Part shown: one piece after another, positions 46,868-56,160 of the stretch | How positions within the stretch are numbered: position 1 is the stretch's first letter | Layout: the number at the start of each line of letters is the position of its first letter | From: a virus | Taxonomy: Duplodnaviria > Heunggongvirae > Uroviricota > Caudoviricetes | Strand: one strand, 5' to 3' | IMG/VR virus record: IMGVR_UViG_3300030332_001481 | Span: 67,486-131,485 of that record | Length of the DNA stretch: 64,000 nt | Position numbers and translations under genes: made by a program | The notes under the pieces: model-generated | Databases searched by the model: none | Seen by the model: only the letters and a program-made list of their open reading frames with translations | What the model was told of the DNA's origin: nothing

Positions 46868-47671
46868 ATGAGTATTTTCAAGGTCCTAGCCGCGGTGGTA
46901 ACGGCCCTCGCGTCGGCCTCGACAGCCATCGCACAGCCCATGACGCAGCACGATCGGGAGAACCTGGCCCGGCACTACTACACCGCAGGTGTTCAGGCAT
47001 ACGAGGCGGAGAACTGGCTCCTGTGCGCCGAGCGCTTCGAGCAGAGCTTCACGCTCGTCTTTGCCCCTGAGATCCTGTACAACATCGGCCGGTGCTACGA
47101 ACGGTACATCGGTGAGCAGGAGGGCGAGGTTGCCTACCAGCTGTACGACAGGGCGATCGCGGCCTTCACCCGCTACCTTACGGATAGTCCCGATGCTGCC
47201 GACGCCGACGACATCCGGGAGGGCATCCTCAGGCTTCGCGCTGCCCGGCCCGATCCTGGTCTCCAACGTGCCCCACACGTCCCCGATCCGGAACCCGAGG
47301 AAGTGGCTGCCCCGCCCGAGGAGGAAGTCATACTCCCTTCCCCTCAGCCGGAGGTAACCGTGGACCCTGTCATCTCTCCGGTTCTCACCGTGGAGCCCGC
47401 GCCTCCTGGGCCTGAGTTCATCCTCACGCCCATCGCCGGAGCCACTACGGCAGCCGCTCTTGTTGCCGCCATCGCACTCGGAGTCGCTGCCCAGAACAGG
47501 TTCAACGATCTTGAGCGTATCTGTGCTCAAGGGCCTGATGGATGCAGCGACGCAGACATCGCGGGGATGCACTCCATGGCGGACTCCGCCAACATTCTCT
47601 ACATCACCGCTGGCGTTCTTGGTGCCGGTACCGGTGCCCTCTTCGCCCTTGAATACACTGGAGTATTCTGA
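46868..47671 (+). CDS. secreted or membrane-anchored protein with an N-terminal signal peptide, Pro/Glu-rich linker and C-terminal TM segment
   Basis: MSIFKVLAAVVTALASASTAIAQ signal; PEPEEVAAPPEEE; C-terminal hydrophobic helix. Confidence 0.5.
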   Translation: MSIFKVLAAVVTALASASTAIAQPMTQHDRENLARHYYTAGVQAYEAENWLLCAERFEQSFTLVFAPEILYNIGRCYERYIGEQEGEVAYQLYDRAIAAFTRYLTDSPDAADADDIREGILRLRAARPDPGLQRAPHVPDPEPEEVAAPPEEEVILPSPQPEVTVDPVISPVLTVEPAPPGPEFILTPIAGATTAAALVAAIALGVAAQNRFNDLERICAQGPDGCSDADIAGMHSMADSANILYITAGVLGAGTGALFALEYTGVF

Positions 47672-48303
47672 TGACCCGCTTCGCACTCGCACTCTTTGCG
47701 CTCCTCCTGGGAGCCTGCTCTTTCGACACCAGTTCTTTCCAGCACGACTCTGCGGTCACAGTTGATGCTCATACGTTTATCGACGGAAGTTCGCCTGCGG
47801 ACACAGGAACCAACGACGGAGGAGCGCCGGATGGTGGTGACCTAGGAGATGGTGGTGGCACTATCACAGACGCTAGCCATGATGGCGGAAGTACTCCTGA
47901 CAGTGGGAGTTCCGACGCAGAGTTGCCTCGTGACTCTGGTATGGATTCCGGTAGCGAGGTACTGGACGCTGGAGGTGTCATCTGCACCCCCACCGGAACT
48001 TATCAGTTCCGGTCCCTAGTCGACCCCTTCAGCGCTTGTGGAAGTTCCTGGGATGCAAGTCACCACAACGACACAGCCCTTTCCGGTACCTCCCTTGTAT
48101 TCATGGGGTCTCAGGGGCCTTTTCTTCCGGCGACCATCTCTCAGACTAATGTCTGCGAGTGGCGCGGTACGTTGCGTGTGAACATTAGCTTTGGACCTAG
48201 CTTCAGTTGTATAGTCACACTACGCGCAGCACAAATGGAGGTGTCATGTACTGAAGATGCCTCTCGACGTGCTCCGTGTGAGTGGGTCCTTGAGAAGGTC
48301 TAG
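47671..48303 (+). CDS. putative lipoprotein, Gly/Asp/Ser-rich
   Basis: Signal with lipobox LLLGAC; DGG/DSG-rich low-complexity region. Confidence 0.5.
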   Translation: MTRFALALFALLLGACSFDTSSFQHDSAVTVDAHTFIDGSSPADTGTNDGGAPDGGDLGDGGGTITDASHDGGSTPDSGSSDAELPRDSGMDSGSEVLDAGGVICTPTGTYQFRSLVDPFSACGSSWDASHHNDTALSGTSLVFMGSQGPFLPATISQTNVCEWRGTLRVNISFGPSFSCIVTLRAAQMEVSCTEDASRRAPCEWVLEKV

Positions 48304-48668
48304 TCTTTCGTGTCGTCCTTCTGTGGGCCCTCAAGTTCAGACAACACCTTCCTCTGGCGCACCGCAGGAAACGCACAGGGAGAGTATTTCTTTAGGCGTT
48401 TGTGCCTATTTTTCTTCCACGGATTAGTCTGCATGGCCTCATCGGTTGATTCTTGAGGACTAGTTCCGGGAAGAGTTCCGAACGGATCTACTCTAGCAGG
48501 AAGCCCTACCCTCCGTAAGACGACGGGCAAGTGTTCGTCACAGGTAGTGTAGTTGTTCCCTTTTTCGTCTTGCAGTTTCCATCGGCACTCGTTGGTGCAT
48601 GCTTCATCTGCGCTGTAGTAATAGCATAAGTACTGTGTGGTTCGTATTGTTTTAATGTCGTCTGACAT
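48300..48668 (-). CDS. Cys-rich hypothetical protein
   Basis: 122-aa ORF on the minus strand. Confidence 0.4.
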   Translation of the reverse strand: MSDDIKTIRTTQYLCYYYSADEACTNECRWKLQDEKGNNYTTCDEHLPVVLRRVGLPARVDPFGTLPGTSPQESTDEAMQTNPWKKNRHKRLKKYSPCAFPAVRQRKVLSELEGPQKDDTKD

Positions 48669-48743
48669 CCAGGTCCTTTTAGGCTATTTGCGCCGTTGAG
48701 TTTGGGGAATTCCTTCCCTACCCCTAAATACAAGGAAAGAACG

Positions 48744-49133
48744 ATGACTGTCAGGAGCTTTGGTTCGCTAGACGAGATGATCGCTGCCATGGAAGAGGAT
48801 AAGCGGGCGGCAGACTCTCAGGTGCAGGAGTGGCAAAAGAAGTTGAAAGTTGGGGACTACTTTCTCCGCGTCGAGTGCGGAATCCACATCTTCTGTGAGG
48901 TTCTTGATCCCTCAGTGCCTCCCGATGGGTCGCTAGATCCGGAAGAGGTGGAAGAGATTCGAAAAGAGGCAGAGATATACAAGGAGCCTCACATGACAGG
49001 GTTTAGGTTCTGCCGCTGTTTCAGCTCTGTCTGCCCCGAAGGTGAGGTTGGGGACGTCCATATTTCCACGGCAGGGGCCAAGCTTCGCCAGGAAGAGTTT
49101 CTGACTGCTCGGCAGAACGACTGGCTACTCTAG
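48744..49133 (+). CDS. hypothetical protein (MTV N-terminus)
   Basis: ATGACTGTC start. Confidence 0.45.
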   Translation: MTVRSFGSLDEMIAAMEEDKRAADSQVQEWQKKLKVGDYFLRVECGIHIFCEVLDPSVPPDGSLDPEEVEEIRKEAEIYKEPHMTGFRFCRCFSSVCPEGEVGDVHISTAGAKLRQEEFLTARQNDWLL

Positions 49134-50362
49134 TCGCACGGGTCTCGAATGATGCTCCTCAGGTGGGTAACCATCTCTACTGCATCATTCGACAACTCGA
49201 ACACACTCATACAATCGTCAAAGCCTGACGCGTGGCGTGGGTCTACTACTGCCGCAAGGACCTCCCCTGTGCGGGCGTCACAGATGTCCCGCTCGTCAAT
49301 GGCGGGTAGACTGTAGCGCGCCCTGTGGCTCTGTCCCTCTTCGTCGGTGAAGACAATGATGATCTTGGCAGCCCCCGGGCGCCAGGTGACCCCCAGATCT
49401 CCAGACATCGCCTCCCACACCGCATCATATGTAGGCTCGTCGCCTCCAATCCCGGTGGTTGGGATTATTGCTAGCGCTGCGCCAAACTCGGTGTACCCCG
49501 TCAGGTCATGAATGAGCTGCGGTGCGTGCCTGTCGACCAGCCCCGGAGCGTAGGCCAGGGCGAAGTGCCAGTCCCCCGCCGAGAACTCCTCGGAGAAGCT
49601 ACGAGTGGCCTCTGTTACGGCTCCGATTTCGTCCGACATCGAGCCTGAGATATCGATGATGTAAAGGACATCAAAGCGGGCCGAGGTTGCTGGCTCGCAC
49701 AGTCCCTCTGCGTTCATGACCCCATCGGCGCAGCCGTCGCAGTCATTGTCGATGCCGTCACAGACTAGAGTTCCAACTTCCTCGATCGGCGGAACCTCAC
49801 CACGGCAATCACTCCAACCACCCATCTCACAGGTGGAGACCCCTCGCTCACAGGGGGCGATAACTTCCGCAGGAGAGCCCCCGCCAGAGATACACCACTG
49901 TGCTAGTGGGCCTCTTTCGTCTCCGTCAATGACCCCGTCGCAGTCATTGTCGATGCCGTCGCACTCCTCAGGGACGCAGTTCACTCGACTGCAGTGTCCC
50001 TCTATGCACGCAAAACCGGCTGCGCATTGGTCGTCGAACTCACACCTTGCACCTTCCAGGTCAACTTCGACACAGCGCCCGAACCGACAGTCTTCGCCCT
50101 CCCCGCAGGCTGGGCCATGACCGCATACGCACTCCCCTCCCTCGCAGAAGTCCGCGTTGTCAGGATCACACTGAGCGTCACATGCCCCGCAGTTGTAGAA
50201 GTCCCGGTCTGTAAAGTCAGGTTGGCAGGTGTGGTCAGGCGGCGGAGGCCTTACTGCAACCCCCGCATCGGGCTGGGTTGAGGAAGAATCTGGTAGTGGG
50301 ATTGTTTGGTGCGTACAAGCAGCCAGAAGTACCACGACCTGTGTAGCAATCACCCTTGTCAT
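49130..50362 (-). CDS. secreted protein with Cys-rich CDGIDNDCDG repeats and a C-terminal vWA domain
   Basis: Signal peptide; repeated C-x-D-G-x-D-N-D-C-D-G units; MIDAS DISGSMSDE ... IVFTDEEGQS. Confidence 0.65.
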   Translation of the reverse strand: MTRVIATQVVVLLAACTHQTIPLPDSSSTQPDAGVAVRPPPPDHTCQPDFTDRDFYNCGACDAQCDPDNADFCEGGECVCGHGPACGEGEDCRFGRCVEVDLEGARCEFDDQCAAGFACIEGHCSRVNCVPEECDGIDNDCDGVIDGDERGPLAQWCISGGGSPAEVIAPCERGVSTCEMGGWSDCRGEVPPIEEVGTLVCDGIDNDCDGCADGVMNAEGLCEPATSARFDVLYIIDISGSMSDEIGAVTEATRSFSEEFSAGDWHFALAYAPGLVDRHAPQLIHDLTGYTEFGAALAIIPTTGIGGDEPTYDAVWEAMSGDLGVTWRPGAAKIIIVFTDEEGQSHRARYSLPAIDERDICDARTGEVLAAVVDPRHASGFDDCMSVFELSNDAVEMVTHLRSIIRDPCD

Positions 50363-50450
50363 CTTGTTCCTCAGTTGTGATTTATGTCACAGTCTGAAAA
50401 TAAGCTGTAGAACTACAGCGACTGCAAATCAACGACACGAAAGTCATACC

Positions 50451-51167
50451 ATGGATCTCCCTACTCGCATGAAGCGCTACGAGAGCGCTAGTTCTACTGT
50501 GGTTACACCCCGAACCCCCGTCGTTGTACGTGTGGATGGGCGTTCCTTCTCCCGCTACACCGCACCCCTACGTAAGAGTGGGTTTGCCTCGCTTGAGTTC
50601 CGCACCGTCATGGCTGAGGTGGGGCTGGCAATGGCGAATCAGTGCTCTGATGTTGAGTGCGCCTTCATCCAGTCGGATGAGATCTCGCTCCTGTTCCATT
50701 TCTACAAGGATTTCGAGAGCCTTCCGTGGTTCGGCGGCAAGATCCAGAAGATCGCCTCGGTCACTGCGGGCATCGCTTCCAGTGAGTTCACTGCCCGAAG
50801 CCCCCAGATGTTTTCTGGGGAGATGAGGCCCGCTCACTTCGACTCACGGGTCTTTGTCCTTCCCGAGGCAGAGGTGGAGAACTACTTCATCTCTCGGTTC
50901 CGGGACTGTACTCGGAACTCCGTGCAGATGATGGCCCAGTTCAACTTCTCCCACAAGGAGCTGCAGGGCAAGTCCATCACCGAGCAGCAGGAGATGCTCC
51001 GCAACGCTGGCCGTCCCTGGGAAGCGCTAGACGCGTACCAGAAGTACGGGACTATGATCGTCAAGGACGCGGACACTCGTGAGTGGGTGTCTCACGCAGC
51101 AGGGCCCATCATGAATGACCCGCCCACGCGCAACGCCCTGTTCCAGCGGCTGCTAGCCACTACCTGA
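50451..51167 (+). CDS. Thg1-like protein (tRNA-His guanylyltransferase family, 3'-5' nucleotidyltransferase)
   Basis: VVVRVDGRSFSRYT near the N-terminus, SDEISLLF, then DSRVFVLP...ENYFISRFRDCTRNS; about 238 aa, Thg1-like size and motif order. Confidence 0.6.
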   Translation: MDLPTRMKRYESASSTVVTPRTPVVVRVDGRSFSRYTAPLRKSGFASLEFRTVMAEVGLAMANQCSDVECAFIQSDEISLLFHFYKDFESLPWFGGKIQKIASVTAGIASSEFTARSPQMFSGEMRPAHFDSRVFVLPEAEVENYFISRFRDCTRNSVQMMAQFNFSHKELQGKSITEQQEMLRNAGRPWEALDAYQKYGTMIVKDADTREWVSHAAGPIMNDPPTRNALFQRLLATT

Positions 51168-51174
51168 CAAAGAG

Positions 51175-51206
51175 AAAGGGGTCCTGGTTTCGTCAGGACC
51201 CCTTTC
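51175..51206 (+). terminator. terminator-like hairpin downstream of the Thg1-like gene
   Basis: 12-bp stem AAAGGGGTCCTG/CAGGACCCCTTT. Confidence 0.4.
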
Positions 51207-51290
51207 AAGCAAGTGTCGGGTAAGTTAGGGCCAAGCCCCCAGTAAGATCGTATTGATTAGATAAGCAAGATTTGCCCCCGAGAGATATTC

Positions 51291-51749
51291 ATGGCTGCAC
51301 GTAGAAGCGGAAAGACACCGGCCTCCCAAGGTGGTGGTTGGATACATTCACCCACAAGGTGGGCGATCTACCACCGAGATGACTTCCGCTGCGTCTACTG
51401 CGGGAAATGCGACTCCCTCACCCTGGACCACATCCATCCAGTGGAGGAGGGAGGGGACGACCACCCCTCAAACTTGGTGACTGCGTGCGGTCGCTGCAAT
51501 ACCAAGAAGGGTGCGAAATCCAAGGTGGAGTGGTACCGTGAGCTGCGAAGCCACGGCATTTGCACCGAGAAGGTTCGGCGCCGTATCAAGAGCCAGACGA
51601 AGAAGGCTCTCGACAGAGCCGTAGGACGACTACTCAGCACTCGGGGCGGGTCCCAGCCCAACCCTGGCCATACTAGAGGGCTCATCCCCGCCAAGACCGT
51701 CATCACTGTAACTACCAACCGTGAGCATACTAATGAACTCCAAGCCTGA
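51291..51749 (+). CDS. HNH endonuclease
   Basis: CVYCGKCDSLTLDHIHPVEEGGDDHPSNLVTACGRCNTKKG. Confidence 0.75.
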   Translation: MAARRSGKTPASQGGGWIHSPTRWAIYHRDDFRCVYCGKCDSLTLDHIHPVEEGGDDHPSNLVTACGRCNTKKGAKSKVEWYRELRSHGICTEKVRRRIKSQTKKALDRAVGRLLSTRGGSQPNPGHTRGLIPAKTVITVTTNREHTNELQA

Positions 51750-52449
51750 TCTCTTGTCCGGTCTCAGATTTATCGAGGACGACGACATCCCGCCACTCAT
51801 TCCCGGGCACCACATGAGTTCAACTCAATCATGGAAGATCACGAGTGACAATTCAAGTGGCAATTCGTGCCCTGCGTGCGACCTGGGCTTCGAGCCGGTA
51901 GCCGTCAGTTACCCCTCCATGCATGATCTGCAGTCTCTTCTAGATGAGTATCCCCGCCTCGTAGGAAAAGACTACGCGGTGATCGCGGGACCGTTCGGTA
52001 GCGGTTTCGCCACCTGCACCGACTTTCCTACCGGGGGTCTCGTCTCGCTGCTGGACGAGAACACTGACCCAGACGAAACGAATTGGGTGGAGTCCCTGGA
52101 AATCAATGATCCAGAGGGGGATTGCCTGACGGATGAGGATGAGGACGGAGAGGTCCTCCTTCAAAACGGCCTGTTCATGCTCACCTTGACGTCGTCTGCG
52201 ACCCAGTTTGGGTCCGTTTCTTTCGACACCACGATTCGCCGCCTCACCGACGAGGAGGCTGTCCGTGCTGCTGGTGGAGATATGTGGATCTCGCTGGAGG
52301 ATGAAGAATTTGCTCCCTTTGTGGAGCAGATGACGCAAGACCAGTACGCCATGTTCGTGAAGGAGTTCGCTCTGCTGTCCAATGAGGACGAGAGCTACGA
52401 GCACGTTCTGGCCTCCCTTCGGTCCATGATGCCCGAAGTGGAGGGGTAG
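51733..52449 (+). CDS. hypothetical acidic protein
   Basis: ATG-initiated ORF with a D/E-rich centre. Confidence 0.45.
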   Translation: MNSKPDLLSGLRFIEDDDIPPLIPGHHMSSTQSWKITSDNSSGNSCPACDLGFEPVAVSYPSMHDLQSLLDEYPRLVGKDYAVIAGPFGSGFATCTDFPTGGLVSLLDENTDPDETNWVESLEINDPEGDCLTDEDEDGEVLLQNGLFMLTLTSSATQFGSVSFDTTIRRLTDEEAVRAAGGDMWISLEDEEFAPFVEQMTQDQYAMFVKEFALLSNEDESYEHVLASLRSMMPEVEG

Positions 52450-52450
52450 G

Positions 52451-52678
52451 ATGCAGGCCAAGGCGCGTTTCTGCGGGACCAGCGGTGCCCCGAACTCGTG
52501 GTCTGGTCATGTCATCATCGAAGAAGACGACCGCTCAAAATCAATGACCCTGGAGGCTTGGGGTCATAGTTTGTTCGACGCGAGAGAGCAGCTTGAGGGC
52601 ATGCTCAAACACGTCGCCAGTCATCTGCGGCTCCTGGCCGCAGACGCTATTTCACTCGCTTACCGCGACGTGGCCTGA
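52451..52678 (+). CDS. hypothetical small protein
   Basis: 75-aa ORF. Confidence 0.4.
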   Translation: MQAKARFCGTSGAPNSWSGHVIIEEDDRSKSMTLEAWGHSLFDAREQLEGMLKHVASHLRLLAADAISLAYRDVA

Positions 52679-52698
52679 CGCCACAGAGAGAAACCACC

Positions 52699-54114
52699 AT
52701 GCGTAACATGAAGAATACGTTCCACGGAGTCGACTTCTACTCCTCCACGTTCGATCCCAAGACCGGTGTCATCGTCCGGGATATCGAGGTCACGGAGGGC
52801 ACGGACAGCTTCGACCAATTCGACGTGATGCATGCCACCATCGCTCGTGTGCTTGGTGTGTACGAGAAGGCAATCAATCCGCCGGAAGTACCTGCGTACT
52901 CCAACAAGTACCAGGAGGCGAAGTACATTGTCGAAAAAGACTTCGAGGCGTTTCTCAAGCTGAGAGATGACTGGGAAGAGAGGTACGGAATCAAGCGCGG
53001 CAACGACTGGATTCACCTCCAGGAGGCACGCCAGTCCTACGCATGGTCCCCCGTCCCGGAGACCATCGACGTCAAGATCACCGACTGGTGCAACTTCGGG
53101 TGCGATTTCTGTTACATGTCTTCCACCAAGAAGGGGAAGCATGCACCGCCCGAACTGATCGAGAACATTATCACGGGGTTCGACCAGTCGCCCTACCAGA
53201 TCGCCTTCGGGGGAGGCGAGCCCTGTGCACACCCCGAGTTTCCCCACATTCTGAAGACCACGGCAAAGTTGGGTTCCGTTCCCAACTACACCACCGCAGG
53301 TCACATCTTCCGTGAGGACGTGATCAAGGCGACCAACGAGGACTGCGGCGGTGTGGCCATCACGTACCATGCTTGGGCGGGCCTCAAGAAGTTCGTGGAG
53401 ACGTACACAAAGTGGGACAAGGCACTTCGCCCCGGTCTTCAGCGGAACGTCCACGTCATCGCTGACAACAACGTGGCGGCAAACCTGCTCGATCTCATGA
53501 ACTCGGGTCTGCGTAACCTGAACATCGTTCTCCTGGCCTACTACTCTGACGTGGGCTTCGCGCAGTCTTCGGGACATCCCTCGAAGTACGTGTACAACGA
53601 GATGCTCCCGCGAGTCATCGCCGAGGTGCAGGAGAAGGCCAACTTCCGTATCGCCTTCTCTGAGGGCCTTGTCCCCTACTTCATGTCCCGTGACATCGAG
53701 GGTGTGGGCAAGAAGTACATGACGCGGCAGGAAGGCCTGTTCTCCCTCTACGTGGACGACCAGGGCTTCTGCTCTCACTCTTCGTTCGCTCCGGTCGACA
53801 CTGACCTGTCGAAGGAGAATGAGCAGTCCCTGCCGTACAGGGAGAAGCACCTGCGGAGTGTCAACCTCTACAGCACCTCCATCCAGGAGATCTGGGACCG
53901 CGCCACCTTCGCCCCGTCTTATTCGTTCATGAACGGGTACTCGCTGTGCGACCAGTGCGAGCACCAGTTCGACTGCCACGCTCCTGCCTTCGACCACTTC
54001 ATGATGTGCGGGTTCAACGACCACAACAAGATCCCGTCGAAGAGGCCCGTGGAGTACACGCCTCACCCTGACCTTGAGGGCGGGCTGGTTCAGCTACGAA
54101 AGAAGGGTTCCTGA
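52699..54114 (+). CDS. radical SAM enzyme (471 aa) with an extra C-terminal Cys cluster (possible SPASM/twitch-like)
   Basis: CNFGCDFC (CxxxCxxC) near residue 133; G-rich SAM-binding stretch FGGGEP; C-terminal CDQCEHQFDCH...MMCG. Confidence 0.8.
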   Translation: MRNMKNTFHGVDFYSSTFDPKTGVIVRDIEVTEGTDSFDQFDVMHATIARVLGVYEKAINPPEVPAYSNKYQEAKYIVEKDFEAFLKLRDDWEERYGIKRGNDWIHLQEARQSYAWSPVPETIDVKITDWCNFGCDFCYMSSTKKGKHAPPELIENIITGFDQSPYQIAFGGGEPCAHPEFPHILKTTAKLGSVPNYTTAGHIFREDVIKATNEDCGGVAITYHAWAGLKKFVETYTKWDKALRPGLQRNVHVIADNNVAANLLDLMNSGLRNLNIVLLAYYSDVGFAQSSGHPSKYVYNEMLPRVIAEVQEKANFRIAFSEGLVPYFMSRDIEGVGKKYMTRQEGLFSLYVDDQGFCSHSSFAPVDTDLSKENEQSLPYREKHLRSVNLYSTSIQEIWDRATFAPSYSFMNGYSLCDQCEHQFDCHAPAFDHFMMCGFNDHNKIPSKRPVEYTPHPDLEGGLVQLRKKGS

Positions 54115-54115
54115 T

Positions 54116-54685
54116 ATGTACACCATCTCAGAAGAAGACATCAGCGAGTCTGACCTCGCGGGCCTCCGCCTTCAAAAGAAGATCGTCGAGGTTGGCGACT
54201 GCCTCTTCGTGTTTTCTGCCATGCGCCGCCGCTGCCATAGTTTCTATGTGCGAGCCAAGGTTGACGAAGTCAACTACATCTGGAGCGCTCCTGGGATGCC
54301 CACTGTGTGGCACTACCGGAAGGAGGACGAAGAGGTTTTTACCCACGAGACTGAGGAAACGACCGAAGGCGGCTGGAAGAAACACAGGAGCTTCGGCCTT
54401 GAAGAGTTCCTTCAGCTCAAAGAGACCCATGGATTCAAGCTGGTGAATCAGTTTCCTTGGACCGATTGGCCCATCGGCCACGCCACGTACCTCGGCACCG
54501 ACGGCTTCTTTACCCTTGAGGAAGCTCGGAGTGCCTATGGTCGCTTCTCCAAGCGAAAACTCGGTCGTAGAGTAGACAGGTACATCAAGGATGTCTTCGG
54601 CTTCATCAAGGGGACGTGGGATAGAAACAACCTTGAGTTCCCGTACGTGGACTTCGAATCTTACAGGAGACGTGCCTACGTCTGA
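54116..54685 (+). CDS. hypothetical protein
   Basis: 190-aa ORF immediately downstream of the rSAM gene. Confidence 0.45.
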   Translation: MYTISEEDISESDLAGLRLQKKIVEVGDCLFVFSAMRRRCHSFYVRAKVDEVNYIWSAPGMPTVWHYRKEDEEVFTHETEETTEGGWKKHRSFGLEEFLQLKETHGFKLVNQFPWTDWPIGHATYLGTDGFFTLEEARSAYGRFSKRKLGRRVDRYIKDVFGFIKGTWDRNNLEFPYVDFESYRRRAYV

Positions 54686-54703
54686 GCTTAGAAAGAAGTG
54701 ACG

Positions 54704-55540
54704 ATGAGAGACTTGACCCCCATCACCGTAGAGACCCCCAGGTTCAAGATCGAGGGGATCTCTGTCGGAGGGATGTGTACTTCCATCTCCGTGCCTGCCC
54801 TGAACGTTGTTCTCGACGCCGGGATCTCAGCCCCCAGCATGGCCAAGGGGAACAGCCTATTCTTCAGTCACTTCCACCTGGACCATGTAGGTGGCCTGGG
54901 TACCTATCTGGGGATCCGAGACCTTCGCCGGAACTCCAGCAACCTGTACTGCCTGGAGGGGCAGAGCCGGGCGTGTGCGGACCTGGTCAGCTCCTTCAGG
55001 TCTCTGTCCGAGACGGATCTCAAGGTCGCTGTACACGGCGTGGGGTTTGGTGAATCTGTCAAGTATGACACGGGGCTGTACGCCAAGCCGTTCCGCACGC
55101 TGCATCGGGTCCCTTCCGCGGGGTGGCTCTTCAGCCGCAAGAAGAACAAGCTCAAGCCAGAGTTCATGGGCATGAATCACAAGGACATCGCGAACCTGCG
55201 GAAGTCCGGGACTGCGATCACAGAGACGGTGATCTCCAACGAGCTTGCCTACGCCACGGACACCAAGCTGGAGGCTGTACTAGCGTGCGAGGAGGCCCTC
55301 ACCGCGGATACTCTGATCCTGGAGTGTACCTACGTGTGCAAAGACTTCACTGTGGCTGAGGCGCGAAACAGGTGTCACGTGCACCTCGACGAGATCATCA
55401 TGAACGCGGAGAAGTTCCAGAACCAGAACATCGTGCTCATGCACTTCTCCAACCGCTACGACCGAGACACGATCATCAAGACAGTATCTAAGCGTGTCCC
55501 TGCAGAGTGGCTGCATGGCAAACTACAGTGGCTCGTATAG
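54704..55540 (+). CDS. metallo-beta-lactamase-fold hydrolase, possibly RNase Z/ElaC-like
   Basis: FFSHFHLDHVGGL (HxHxDH) near the N-terminus; later His/Asp residues; about 280 aa, like short-form tRNase Z. Confidence 0.55.
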   Translation: MRDLTPITVETPRFKIEGISVGGMCTSISVPALNVVLDAGISAPSMAKGNSLFFSHFHLDHVGGLGTYLGIRDLRRNSSNLYCLEGQSRACADLVSSFRSLSETDLKVAVHGVGFGESVKYDTGLYAKPFRTLHRVPSAGWLFSRKKNKLKPEFMGMNHKDIANLRKSGTAITETVISNELAYATDTKLEAVLACEEALTADTLILECTYVCKDFTVAEARNRCHVHLDEIIMNAEKFQNQNIVLMHFSNRYDRDTIIKTVSKRVPAEWLHGKLQWLV

Positions 55541-55554
55541 AAAGAGAGCAGACA

Positions 55555-55959
55555 ATGGCAAGAAAGATCAGCATCAACACCGGGTTCGTGACCAACTCCT
55601 CGTCCGTCGTGTACTTCTTCCCCAAGGAAGTACTGGAGGACCCCGAGGTGAAGGCGTTCATGGAGCGCTACGAGATCGGAGAGTACGTGGGCAAGGACCT
55701 GTGGTACCGCAATCGCTGTGACTCCTTTGCCTTCACCCCGGAGCAGAAGGCTCAAATCAAGGGGGGCCTTGACGCAGGGGAGTGGCAGAGCGTCTCTCCC
55801 GAGTACCTGGCCATGTTCGACAACGAGGACGAGATCGTTCTTGTCTACGGAGACGAGTATGAGTCCCTCACGATGGAGCTGTGTGTCATCATTTCCAACG
55901 CGTACTCACGAATGACCGATGGTACCGCTAACTGCGCCAACCGCTTCGACTACAACTAG
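55555..55959 (+). CDS. hypothetical protein
   Basis: 134-aa ORF. Confidence 0.45.
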   Translation: MARKISINTGFVTNSSSVVYFFPKEVLEDPEVKAFMERYEIGEYVGKDLWYRNRCDSFAFTPEQKAQIKGGLDAGEWQSVSPEYLAMFDNEDEIVLVYGDEYESLTMELCVIISNAYSRMTDGTANCANRFDYN

Positions 55960-55968
55960 GAGATAGAT

Positions 55969-56160
55969 ATGGCAACGATCGTAGAGGGACCGCAGCCGCG
56001 CAGGGTGGCTTGCCGGGACTGCAAGGCGGTGATCGAGTACCTGCCCGAGGAGGTCGAGCGCCACGATGGCCGCGATTGGACTGGGGGTCCCGCGGGGTAC
56101 GAGCGTGTAAAGTGCCCACGTCAGGGGTGTCCCGGTCACGGCTATGTGAGATCGTGGTGA
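55969..56160 (+). CDS. small zinc-ribbon protein
   Basis: CRDC...CPRQGC. Confidence 0.4.
   Translation: MATIVEGPQPRRVACRDCKAVIEYLPEEVERHDGRDWTGGPAGYERVKCPRQGCPGHGYVRSW

Noticed and set aside
46886-47692. 268-aa ORF on the minus strand
   Set aside because: It overlaps a + strand ORF with a convincing signal peptide and C-terminal TM helix. There is no independent support.
52660-54066. 468-aa ORF on the minus strand
   Set aside because: It is antisense to the radical SAM gene, which carries the CxxxCxxC motif on the + strand.
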